Of a stretch of DNA of 64,000 bases, positions 38,701 through 50,500 are shown piece by piece. The stretch is from Mizuhopecten yessoensis (taxonomy: Eukaryota), in assembly GCF_002113885.1 (NCBI RefSeq), contig NW_018404852.1, forward strand, positions 60,359 through 124,358, read 5' to 3'. The position numbers and the translations under genes are program-made. The notes beneath the pieces are model-generated. The model was not told where the DNA came from. It made no database searches and saw only the letters and a program-made list of their open reading frames with translations. The first letter of the stretch is position 1, and every line of letters begins with the position of its first letter.

Positions 38701-41700
38701 AAAAAAAAATTATTAAGATATAATACTGAGGATTTATTTCTATAAGCCATTTAAAGCCCTTTGGGGCTATTTTATTGCCACAATGAAGCCCTATTCCCAA
38801 TGGATAATAGCATTTTTTCCCAAATTTTTTTTTTTTTCAATTTTAAAAATGTCCACCATATTTATATATAATCATATGACAATGCATCATCTAAAATCTT
38901 ATATGAAATAATGCTTTAGTCTTTTTAGAAATTATCTGCAAGGCAACCAATTTTTTGAAGATCTATCGATGGCAATAATAGTGTTTTATATGGACTTTGG
39001 CGATCCTGTTTTCGTGTATACATCCTATAGATTAACGTAGATTAAAATATAACATACAGAACTGGGTCTATCACTAGTGGTGATGAGTATTTTGGGGAGA
39101 GTTTCCCTTCTGAAATAGGAGGACATCTCATCTTGAGCTTCATCTTTCATCACCTAGTCAGAGAAAATATAAAATGCTTGTAAATTGTGGAAAATCAAAC
39201 GTATCTGTATTATTACATTATAAACATTTGCTTAACAAGGCATGCTACATTATGTAAGGCTGTTGTCTAAATAATCATATTCATGACAGTCATATGAAAT
39301 TTTGCTTATTCCATGATATATGTAATTTAGAACATTTACAATTTTTACACATTTTTTCACGTTTACTTCAATACCTGAAATGGAATCTTTGGTTCATCTC
39401 CATCCCATTCTTTGGTCACAGTTTAACGTATCTAATTGATCTCTTAAATTGTTTTGAAGCTTCTTGTAAAATATGATAATTTCATTAGCTGTTTGCTACG
39501 GACAATCAGTTTCGTGTGAGAATATTACATACCAGACTAAATTGAATTTTATAATATTGAAACTGTAGGAAAGCTTAATTAATGGGTGTTTCTAGTCAGT
39601 TACCTCTTCGTCCTGGGCATTCACCATAGTCTCATCAGGGATTCTCATACTCTCGATTGTCTTAGGAACCTGCTTTGGTGGAGCCTTGAAAAAGATGGGT
39701 AATAGTGAAATACAAGAACTTAAATTAGTGACATTTCCTCAAATAAACTGAAAATCAGATATCATTGATCTTCCTTACAGCTCTAGTTCTTCATCCATTC
39801 AGCATTATCAACAAGAATTGTACACATACAATGTTTTTTTAATTTCATTTTCTGCAATCTATTGTTACCAAAATGTTTTCTGCAATCTATTGTTACCAAA
39901 AAAGAAATTAGAAGTTTATTCTATTATTGATGTGTGACATACAACTAAAGAGTCTGATATAAATAATCAGCGACGCCTAAAAGTGCTGTATCAAACTTAC
40001 CTTGTCACCTAAAGCTTCATTTTCTTTCTTTTTTCTCTTCTTCTCTTTAATTTTTTCCTAGTAGAAAGAAAGTATACATGTTATCTTACTTGAATGTCAT
40101 ATAATAATTTAAAAAATTGTATTAATAAATTAATAATGAGCATGCGGTAAAAAGCAAACGTAATAGTTACACAAGAAGATATGATGTAATTATTATTTAA
40201 TTGTATAATGTGTATACAAATGTACTAGTAATATTCCACTGAATCAATGACGTTTTATACTACTAGTCTATGATTTACTGATCATGATGTTCTGCGACTG
40301 ATCATGGTTTTTATGGTATATAAAAACTTAGGATGTATGTACAGTGATGTATGGAGCAGACCACACAATTGATTTTATATAAAGCTTTTAAGATCATCTC
40401 CTGGTATAAAACTCATTACATAATATTTTTCATTTATATGGGTCAAATACTAACATTCTAATGTAACTACATGATGCTGATGTAAATAATAAAGGAGTTA
40501 GGTATGTAACGTAACCAACGTATTTTACTTTAGCCTGCCAATATGCTCCCCCCTACCCCACAACCGTTTCCAATGGGTAGAAATGAAGAAAATTTCTTTT
40601 GATTAATTCCAAACTTCACTCCTCTGCTGTGCTCATTCTACTGAAGTCACCAAGAAGTAATCCTGGTAAAACTCATGAAACTTTCATTTTATAACTGAAC
40701 GAAAGCTAAAAACTAGCAAAACTACTTGGTAATGGTAAAAGTATTTGTAAACTGGACAATTACTTCATGAATTCTACTATAAAATTACACCAGCCATACA
40801 TGTGTAGTTAAATTTTCTTGTTATGTTTCCCCAGGACAACTTGACACTCTTGCAGCCTGAATCAAATAGTGTTGGGTTCCCTTTAGTAGAGATTATGTGT
40901 TCAGTAGTAATTTAGTATCTTGACTTTTTCACTCGGCAGTCGGGTACCAAAACAATTTTGCTACTTGCATATAGCAGTCAGGTCCCTTAGTATTATAGGT
41001 AAATATGCCAGGCTTTAGTAAACTGGGTATCAAGGTAATAGGACTGTCACCATTTCTCAGTAGAATTTCTTAAAATTTTGTAGTTATATTGCTTTGAAAT
41101 AAAGAAAATTTCTGCCACAAACAAAATATAGGTTGTCAGAATTTTAGGGATTTTAAATGGAAATTTATGTAAAAAGGAGTGAATTTTGAAAATAATATGA
41201 AAGACACAATTTTTTGCAAAATAATTTCAATAACAAGAGGCCCAATGGGCCTGCATCGCTCACCTGGTATAAATCTCACACTTGTAACCTTAAAAGTGAT
41301 CTAAAATAAAGCTACAGGCAAAATATCAGTATTTATGATTAAAATTCATTCAAAAGACCCTGTTATTTTTTTATAAAACATTTCACCCCTGTAATTGAAA
41401 GTCGAACAAATTTTATAGCCTTTCATCTCAGGATGCAATTTGCAAAGTATCAACATCCTGGGACCCATGGTTATTCAGAAGAGGTCGTTTAAAGATTTTA
41501 AACAAATTTGACCCCTGTGACCTTGAATATAAGTCAAAGTCATTCACTTTAACAAACATAGTAGTCCTTGATCCCAGCATGCTACTGACTAAATATCAAC
41601 ATCCTGAGCCTTTTGATTATTCAGAACAAGTTGTTTAAATATTTTGAACATATTTGCTCCTTGTGACCTTGAATATGATTCAAGGTCATACATTTAAACA

Positions 41701-44700
41701 AACTTGGTAGCCCTTGATCCTAGTATGCTACTGACTAAATATCATCACCCTGGGCATTTTGGTTATTCAGAAGAAGTTGTTTAAAGTTTTTAACATATTT
41801 GACCCCTGTGACCTTGAATATGGGTGAAGGTCATTCATTTGAACAAACTTTGTAGCCCTTCATCTCAGCATGCTACTGGCCAAATATCATCACCCTGGGC
41901 ATTTTGGTTATTCAGAAGAAGTTGTTTAAAGGTTTTTTAAGACAATTGACCCCTGTGACCTTGAATATAATTGAAGGTCATTCAATTGAACAAACTTGGT
42001 AGCCCTTCATCCAAGCATGCTACTGGCCAAATATCATCTCCTTGGGCAGTTTGGTTATCAAGAAGAAGATGTTTAAAGTTTTTAACATATTTGACCCCTG
42101 TGACCTTGAAAATGGGTGAAGGTAATTAATTTTAACAAACTTTGTAGCCCTTCATCCCAGTTTGCTTCTGGCCAAATATCGACACCCTAGGCCTTTCAGT
42201 TATTAAGAAGAAGTCGTTTAAAGTAAAATATTGACACCGGACGACGGACGGACGGATGACGGACGCCGTGCCACGGCATAAGCTCACTTGGCACTTCGTG
42301 CCAGGTGAGCTAAAAATGATACATTGTACTGCCATATATTAGAATTGCATTAATGTAAATCAAGCAGGTACTAATTGTAATGGGGGACCAATACAGAAGT
42401 CCCCCAAACTGCCCCCATAGTCGCAAAGATACATCAGAAAAGGATCACAATGGCATAAAACACCTTCATACTAAATTTGAGTGAAATCGAACAATATCTG
42501 AATTTCGACCAATCTGAAGCCTTCATGTTGTTGGTATGGCAACGAAAGCTATGCAGTTGAATTAGCAGTTCCCTAATACCACTATATACCAATTTTCATA
42601 AAAATCAGACAATAAATAAATTTCGACCATTCAGAAGCCTCAATGTGGTTGCTATGGCAACAAAACCTATGCAGTTGAATTCGCAGTCTCCTAATACACC
42701 TATATATCTATTTGTATCAAAATCGAACAATATATACCCCATAGTCGCAAAGAAGCATCAGAAAATGATCGCAATGCCTTTATACATGACAAATTTGGAA
42801 TGCATTGGAAAAAATATCTATAAAACATGTAAAATAGGATAGGTGACATTGGCTATCTTTAGCAAACACCTTTAGAAATTTTAAATTCCCAAAAATTTCA
42901 AAAATTCATGGTGACCATCTTGGATGGTAATCGGAAAAACAAAAAAGTGTTTGCACATCTAAAGGCTATCAGTAATAATCCCTCAAAGTTTGGTGAAGAT
43001 CTGACTTAGAAAAGTGTTGGATACCTTTACGGAGGAAAACAGAAGAAGAAAGAAGAAAAATAATAATAAGAATCGGAGAAAAACAAAAAGTACCCAAACG
43101 AATTAATTAATAAATGGTGAAATTGTGTAAAATAAATTAACTATAAACGATTAAAAATTGACATTTTATAATAAAACCATATACACATAGTAATTGCATG
43201 TAAGAGTTATCTTTCTTGAAAAATTCTTGAAAAACTTCATAGTAGTGCAATAGGTAGCCGGTTTCCTGAAGTTCAGAATAATGGACACATGTGACTCATT
43301 GATAAAAAAAAACCTGAATGAATGCCTGGATTGCTTTGAAATACTTTAATATTGAGAGAACACACTGTTCTGTCAATAATAAACATACAATATTCATCAC
43401 AACTCTAGACTCATTAGAATATGTGGAAATTGTGATACTGTCTCCCTACATTGGATCTTTAACTAAGGATGTACTTCCTATTACCGTTTATCAATACACT
43501 CATTCGACGTTAAAGCACATTTGAAATCACAGAAAAAAAAAGAAAAAAAAAAAGTTTTAGAAGTCTGTGTTATAATACGGTACCAGATTTGAAGAACCTG
43601 TGGCAGATTTTAATAGGATTATGGTCACCTTCTGGCTTCAAGCTAGAGGGAACTTCCCTTGGGCTCTGTGGTAGAGCGTCTGACTAGGAAGTCTGGGATC
43701 TTGGGTTGGATCCCAGGTGGAAGCACACTATTCTCTTTCCTGTTACAAATGGTATATGTGGCCCTCCCTGTTGTGACCTGGGTTGTGGTGTTCAAGGGTG
43801 AACACATTTAAAAAGGGGGGAGTAGTTTGGCAGATTTTAATTGTACAGTCACAGGATTATGATCGTCTTCGAGCTACTGGGAATTGTCCTTTAGCTCAGT
43901 GGTAGAGCGTCCGACAAGGAACCTAGGGATCGTGTGTTCGATCCCCAGTGGATAAGCACACTATTTTCTTTCCTGTTACATACCTATATTTGTTCATCAA
44001 AAAATGAAACTGATCAGCAGATGATCCGTGAAAATTAAGTGACCTACGCCAGGTCGGGTAAAACCACTAACTTGCGTAAAATACGATCCATGTGCAACAT
44101 GTGTGTGAAAGTGACGATTTGTTTCTAAAATATCAGTTTGAAGAGCAACCCAGGCGCGGGTTGCTTTTTCCCTGCATATTATAGAGGAACAGAGTTCTGA
44201 CGTAAATCAATGACAGACCGATAATAAAAAAAGTCGATAAAACGTCAGAATGATTCTGACTATATTTCAGGCAGAGTTACATCAAGTTTCTAAGTAGCCA
44301 ATGTTTTCAGTAAACATCATTTAACAAAGTATTATTAACCTTGTCGTAAATTAATGATTTTTAATAATATATTGCAAACGTTAATGCTAAAACGATTTGG
44401 GTTATTTTTAGTAACAAATCTATACTCCAACTGGCGTATAAAATCAAAATCAAATCGTTGATTTTTTTATTTGATTTGAGTTTAATTTGCGTATTATACG
44501 CAAGTTTTTTGCATGGTGGTTTTCCCCAACCTGTACATCGTGAATGGAAATATGGTTTCAAAGTAGTTGGAATATAACAGGAATGTTATAAACGTAATTA
44601 TTCAACTCATATATACAGCTGGAATTGTGGTGTGTTGAACTGTCGGTCGTGCTAGTTACTCGTCACTCAATGTGGATGCGAATCGTGGATGTGTTCGACA

Positions 44701-44885
44701 TGTGTGATCATAAAACATTTTCATGTAGATCTGTATGTCATAATTATTATTTTATACTATTTTACCTTCCTCTTCTCAATCTTCAACTTCATGTATGCTG
44801 CTTTTCTAAGTTGTTTGTTCCTTATACTTGATATATTTGGTTTTGGGATCTCAGAAACAGCCATGCTTTCATCTTTGGAAGCCAT
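32754..44885 (-). CDS. RPF1: Ribosome production factor 1 (Brix-domain protein), 312 aa
   Basis: Nine exons: 44885-44766, 40057-40001, 39684-39604, 39153-39058, 38325-38172, 37119-37037, 35545-35367, 33239-33113, 32795-32754 (939 nt, open). Motifs [80 protein letters not shown]-terminal [10 protein letters not shown]. Confidence 0.97.
33745..34098 (-). mobile_element. tRNA-derived SINE, copy 2 (RPF1 intron 7)
   Basis: Reverse complement of the 1987 and 49256 element, with (AAT)n tail. Confidence 0.88.
34935..35175 (+). mobile_element. Partial tRNA-containing mini-LTR element (internal region plus 3' LTR)
   Basis: AACACATTTAAAAGGG (PPT-like), TAGCTCAGTGGTAGAGCG, end CTCTTTCCTGTTACA; homologous to 43599-43980. 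Confidence 0.7.
35274..35356. mobile_element. 83-bp piggyBac-like MITE
   Basis: TTAA|CCCTTTCACCCCT...AGTGGTGAACGGG|TTAA. Confidence 0.75.
35673..36692. mobile_element. Tc1/mariner(pogo)-type MITE with TA TSD
   Basis: 26-bp TIR CCGTATTTGACCGCAAATAAGCCCCC / GGGGGCTTATTTGCGGTAAAATACGG, TA on both sides. Confidence 0.85.
36027..36218. mobile_element. Foldback MITE nested in the 35673-36692 element
   Basis: About 75-bp inverted arms; the outer 42 bp (CTATTCCGTCTTTGCGTATTGCAGAGTTATCTTCTCTTGGGA) are perfect. Confidence 0.88.
37498..37580. mobile_element. 83-bp piggyBac-like MITE
   Basis: Perfect 16-bp TIR CTCATTCACCCCTGAA / TTCAGGGGTGAATGAG; flanks TTTA / TTAA. Confidence 0.78.
41232..42316. mobile_element. 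Helentron-associated non-autonomous element (HINE / pearl-like) with ~146-bp internal tandem repeats
   Basis: Palindrome GGCCCAATGGGCC, subterminal IR CTCACCTGG / CCAGGTGAG, repeats (GACCCCTGTGACCTTGAA at 41511, 41801, 41948, 42094), (GGAC)n microsatellite, terminal stem-loop AGCTCACTTGGCACTTCGTGCCAGGTGAGCT then A-run. Confidence 0.85.
43599..43980 (+). mobile_element. Miniature non-autonomous LTR element (TRIM) with tRNA-like sequence in both LTRs
   Basis: LTR1 43599-43747 (TG...CA), AATGGT PBS-like site, ~75-bp internal region, PPT AAAAAGGGGGGAG, LTR2 ~43826-43980; A-box TAGCTCAGTGGTAGAGC and B-box GTTCGATCCC in LTR2, variants in LTR1. Confidence 0.78.
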
Positions 44886-45262
44886 GTTGGATTTTACCCT
44901 ATTCGGAAGTTGTTTGGCCTTTTATAACATTCATAGGTGTTCCGAACAGTACAAAAGGTCTCCGGTGCCTGTAACATATCGATAGTATTGTAGTTGGAAA
45001 TATCTACTGTTTCCTTGGTTCGTAATAATAAATTAAGGAAATCTACTTATCAATGCTGTCCTTTTTCAGTAAAACGTTTCATCTAATGTAGATATATTTA
45101 TGACAGATAAAGGCTTTATTGGTATGAAACGGTCACAGGGACCTGCTCATTTGTTAGTTATATAAGGACCTAAATTAAGATGTTCAGAGTAATTTTACAC
45201 GTTTAAGGGGTTTAAATTGTAATTTGCGGTATATATACGATCGGTGAGGGTGGCATTTTTAC

Positions 45263-45680
45263 GGTTGTTACGGGTTGTTTCGCCCTCAATCCCGTTCGCC
45301 CTAGGTTGTTTCGCCCCAAAACATTTTTTTAGGGCGAAACATTGTTTGGTAGTTTCTATCAATTTTCGTAGTTTTAAGTCACAATTTAAGTTTTGTTGAT
45401 CTTCCATATCATTTAAACCAATTTTATAAAAAAACAACAACACGTGTTTGTGTTGTTTTTAGCGAGTGTGAAAAACGGCAGCTGTGAAAAGCTGACTCTG
45501 CCCTCACACAGCTGCGTATTTTCCCCCAATATAGAAAGTTATCAATAAGTTTAGTTGATATATTCAAATATTAATTAATATATAAGCGTTTAAATTAATA
45601 ATTTATTTTTAGGACGAACGGGATTTAGGGCGAAACAACCCTCAGTGCGAACGGGATTGAGGGCGAAACAACCCGTTACC
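45263..45680. mobile_element. MITE with ~30-bp TIRs and GGGCGAAACAACC subterminal repeats
   Basis: CGGGTTGTTTCGCCCTCAATCCCGTTCGC / GCGAACGGGATTGAGGGCGAAACAACCCG; CATTTTT near both flanks. Confidence 0.75.
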
Positions 45681-47164
45681 CATTTTTCCCGAAAATTATC
45701 AGTCATTTCAAACTGAAGCTAAACATATTGACTGTCGATAGTTTTGGTATTTTGACATAAAACAATGTCAATTCGCATTTATGTTTTCAGGAAATAATTC
45801 AAAATAGATCGACTAAAAAAGAGCAAATAACTCTTAAGGAATTAATTTTGGGTGTTGCCCAAAATTTTAAACTCAGAAAAAGACAGATTTTTGCACTTAT
45901 CTAAAAATAATAACTTAGAATTGTCACGTCGGTTTTACATATATACTTCATTCTGCCATCAAAAAATATATAGAACTTCTTTTTTGCTGAGATTGGGATA
46001 CTTATACTTGCAATTATTTTTTTAAGAAGATGTTATCCTAAACTATGTCAAGCACTGCCGAGCGTAGAAAGCAAGAATTTATCGGACAATATTTCCATTG
46101 ACAAAACACAGATCTTTGTCATTGTGAAATAGTATGCATACATACAAGGGCAACACCTAATGAAAAGGATGTACAACACGCTAAGCTTTTATGCTAACAT
46201 TGGTTATTAATCACCTAATGGAGTGATGCTTCATTGTCTTTGATTTATTTTTAAATTGGTATGATAAATCACTCCTGGTGACCATGTGTATTTGGAAACC
46301 ACCGGTGAAAGACAGGTATGTCTATCATGAAATATACTCTAACTTTGAAATAACACTTTACCTATATACCTAATTCCAACAGATGGTATAGTCCTCTCCC
46401 AACTGACAGGGTGATCACCACACCGTGACATTAGAACAATAAGATTAGGTATAGTCAGTCCGGTGAGCCTTGATCACTGAGGACCCCTACTAATATATAT
46501 ACCAAGCTATTTGGCATTTACGGCTTATAGAATATGTACCAAATAATTTGGATGAAAAACATTAAGTGATGTTTGCACTGTGTGATGTTTCACCGCGTAT
46601 GAACCCCTCGATATGCACGTGCCGAATATTCATGAGGTCAGCCTCGGTTCAGATCTGAGCCTGTCGTTTTCTTTCATGTTAAACCGTTTCAACTGGTTCA
46701 ACCGGATACGCGAACTGGCCTCGGGGCATTAGTTTAACGCGATCGAAACGGTTGTACCGGTTTGACCAGACTTGTTCGTTTGTGAACTAAGGTCAGACAT
46801 AGTAATCTGTTGCTGCTTTCAAGCGGGCTTTGACAAAGCCCTGCAAGGCTGCAAAAACATTTGCTTGTCCGCCAGGATTTTATCCGAAAATGATAAATTA
46901 AAAACAGACAAACCGGTTGAATCGGATACGCAAAAGGGGCTTACATTTCGTGTATCCCGATTGGAACGGTACAAACGAACGCACATGGACCGTTCTATAA
47001 GCAGAGCTTAAATGCACAGTTTCGGAGTATAAATAACAACGTATCAAGAATAGTATGCCCTTCTTTCACGTGTCCACTGAATTACATAACATATCTTAAA
47101 AAAGGACCTATGGTTTGTTATTGTTAAAGAAAGAAATATCCGCGCAAAAAAGCAATTGTCTAAC

Positions 47165-47195
47165 CCGGGACTTAGATAACTAATCTAAGTCCGTG
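47165..47195. mobile_element. 31-bp micro-MITE with perfect 7-bp TSD
   Basis: GTCTAAC|CCGGGACTTAGAT-AACTA-ATCTAAGTCCGTG|GTCTAAC. Confidence 0.65.
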
Positions 47196-47541
47196 GTCTA
47201 ACAGAGCATTTACGTTTCGGTCAGGTACGTCTGGAAACCTCAATACGGTAGGTGCGGTACCGATATTCCTGTGGTCATCCTCGGTTCAAATCTGTGCCTG
47301 TTGTTTCTTAAAACATGTTTAATCGGTTCAACCGTTTCAACTGGATACGCCGCGAATGTAGCCCTATGGTCCAACCGGTCCAACCATTTCGACCGCGATA
47401 ATATCATTAACCTGAATAATTCATCAGATCTAGTGAAGTGCGTATATTTTTCAAGTTTACATGATCATATCCGGTTGTTTACTTCCGCTTATGCAACTCG
47501 CCAAAACGTGGTCGATCTGTCAGAACTATATAACGACAAAC

Positions 47542-50500
47542 ATGGCTTTTGCGGAAAGTGACACACTAGAATCAATCGGAAGAGTACTTCAAGACAAATC
47601 AAAACCTTTAAAGGATCGGTTTAGAGCCCTGTTCACGCTGAAAAATCTCGGAGGAAAAGATGCTATAGATTCAATCGCAGCCTGCTTTGACGATGAATCG
47701 GCGCTATTGAAACACGAGCTTGCTTACTGTTTAGGGCAGATGCAGGATACGTATGCCCTGCCTACTCTCACAGGTGTCTTACAGGACACACGACAGGAGG
47801 CTATGGTTAGACATGAAGCAGGTACGTCAGATATGAATTTATCAGCCATAAAATAATAATAAGCAACTGGCCATGGGTTTACAGGAGTTTGGCGTTACAA
47901 GCCTATAGGGGATATTTTTCATCTAACTGTTACATTGATGTAATGTCAAACCACTGAGTCTTTAAAGTTGTTAAGAATAAAAATGGAAATGTTTTGACCT
48001 CAAATATTTCCGGGGTATTGCTGATAGGCTACATGTATATGGAAGTTGAAACACGCGGTGCACTGTCTCGGGGGAAATAACAAAATCATGACAATAATAA
48101 ATAAATCCATAGACCGCATTAATCAGTTATAATATTCAGCACGAATATGTATGCCATGTCAACATCAGAATTAATTGATAGCAGTATATGTTTGTACATG
48201 CAGCAAACTTGATGTCACCCTATCCAACATGATTTCTGTATAACACTCTCTGGAGTACACCAGTAACTATGTGTAATATAACTTGGTTACTCTTTTTTGT
48301 CTGAATATCACTAAGTGACAATGCTATTTTGTATATCCTGTAAAATCGTGTGTGTCATTGGGCATAACTGTTATACAAAAATGTAACAGGAAAAAGAGAA
48401 ATCTAACGTCCAGACTGTTGTTCAAACCAGTCAGGACCCTGCTGCATACTCTAGACAGACACTTGATGAATTAAGCTACCTGGTCGCCAATGATCGACCC
48501 AGTCCAGTTCTGCTACATTCCTCCCACCTTTTTCTAAGTCTTCGCCCCCAAAGACAAAGTACACTATAATTACAATTCCGGTTCGGCTATTCCCTTGCTA
48601 AGCATTCACCAAATGCTTGAAACAAGAACACTCTACATATTGAGCTACCTGATCTCTGACGATTAACCCAGTCCAGTTCCACTACAATCCTCCCTCCTTT
48701 TTCGAAGTCTTTGCCCCCAAAGTCACAACTATATACAACTCGGGTTCAGATATCCCCTTGCTAAGGGTTAGCAAGCTTGCCAATTTTGTAACAGGAGAAA
48801 GAAAAATGTAACAGCCAGACCGGGTTCGAACCCGGGACGGGAATCTAGACTGATGCTCTATCAATTGAGGCTACCTGATCGCTGACAATCAACCCAGTCC
48901 AGTTCCACTGCATATATGTATTACATATTTAATAATAAAAAATCATCTGTACAAAAAGAAAGATTTCGAAGTCAAGTCACTACAAAACTCTATCAGACTT
49001 AATAACTAGGTTATTTGGTCAGTGTTGATTGATGCAGCTCTGATCTAGTGCAGTCTATTTAGTATTAACTAGCCTCCTATTTAAGCGTTTTCATTGACAA
49101 AACAAAACAACAACTTTCTACAGTACTTATACACCATTTAACTGAAGCAGCAAAGAGACATTGCAAAAGTCAAGACTAAGATTTGCATCTTAGACCTATC
49201 CTCTAAACTTGATTATCAATGATAATTATATTTACCAAATAAATTCAGATGTATAGGAGGCACGGTAGTCTAGTGGTAGGACGCCGGGCTCGTGACCGAA
49301 GGGTTGCGGGTTCGCGCCACGGCACGGCAATATGTTGTATCTTTGAGCAAGATTCTTTACTCCGCTTGTTCCAGTCTACTCAGCTGTAAATGAGTATGTG
49401 GTTGGATAGTGCTATAATTCTTGAATGCTAGCTGTTAGCGCCGAAATGGCAGCTCCGGCTGTATGCTCCACAGGGAGTTGAGAAAAGTATTGGCTGGTTG
49501 TAAAGGCCCTATAACCACGGATACTAATTTGTGAACCACTTTGAGACGACCTAAGAACTAGATTGTGATAAAGCGGTATATAAGAACCTCAAATTATTAT
49601 TTAATTATATAAATTCTGTATATGGCAGGATGACTCAACCGAAACCATCAGAGGTTAGTTTAGTAATGTGTACATTACTACATTGTATAGGTATATAACT
49701 TTTATAGCAAAATGCCTCAACCTTAATCTGTAGAAATTTTATCATTTTACTACATATTACCTTTGAGGTTGATATGTTCGGACCTCAAAAGACGTTGCAA
49801 TTGTCATTTTTGTTATTAAAATTTATTATTATGTGTACTAAAAGATGTTGTAAAAAGACTTATATAACATTTGTATCTTTTGTTGATAGGAGAAGCACTT
49901 GGGGCCATTGGCTGTTCAGAATGCATTGAAGTTTTACAACAATATGCAAAAGATCCAGTAATAGAGGTTGGTATCTTGGATGAGTTTGGTGCGATGCAAG
50001 TAGGATGGTTTGCCATACACAATTTGTACCTGTGGCGTCCATCTATCCAATGACTTTTCCTTGTTTTTGCTTTTCTGCCTTTATTAACGGACATAATAAT
50101 GAAACTTAAATATTCCATACAAGTATAGTTCAAAGCTTGCATTTCAGAAATTTACATGTTTTTCTAGGGCAGTTATATGTGTACTGAATTGTGTCTTGTG
50201 TCATGCTTTCTTCTAAAACATAGTTTTAGAATGTGAACCAAGGGAGACAATCCTTACACATTAAAATAGGTGAAGCTATAATTGAGCACCTTGTCTTATA
50301 CTTTCAGCTACTGACATAAAGCACAGTATGCTTTCCCATTTCAGCTCATTTTAGAAAATGTTTTACTTAAAACTACAGAGTATATAGCAATGAATACTTA
50401 AGTGAGTACATTAACACTGCAGTCTAACTGGATATAAACACAACTGTACTGCATCTCATACAAATGAGAGTAGTTAGTCCCACGCCAGCAGTAAACTTGT

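Noticed and set aside
43890-43950. Functional tRNA genes (also at ~35088, ~37420 and SINE heads)
   Set aside because: A/B boxes are present but I could not form a complete cloverleaf with acceptor stem; all are embedded in repeats.
47461-47541. N-terminal extension of DOHH from the upstream ATG
   Set aside because: Similarity to DOHH begins at the ATG at 47542 (AAACATGG context); the upstream part overlaps promoter-like motifs.
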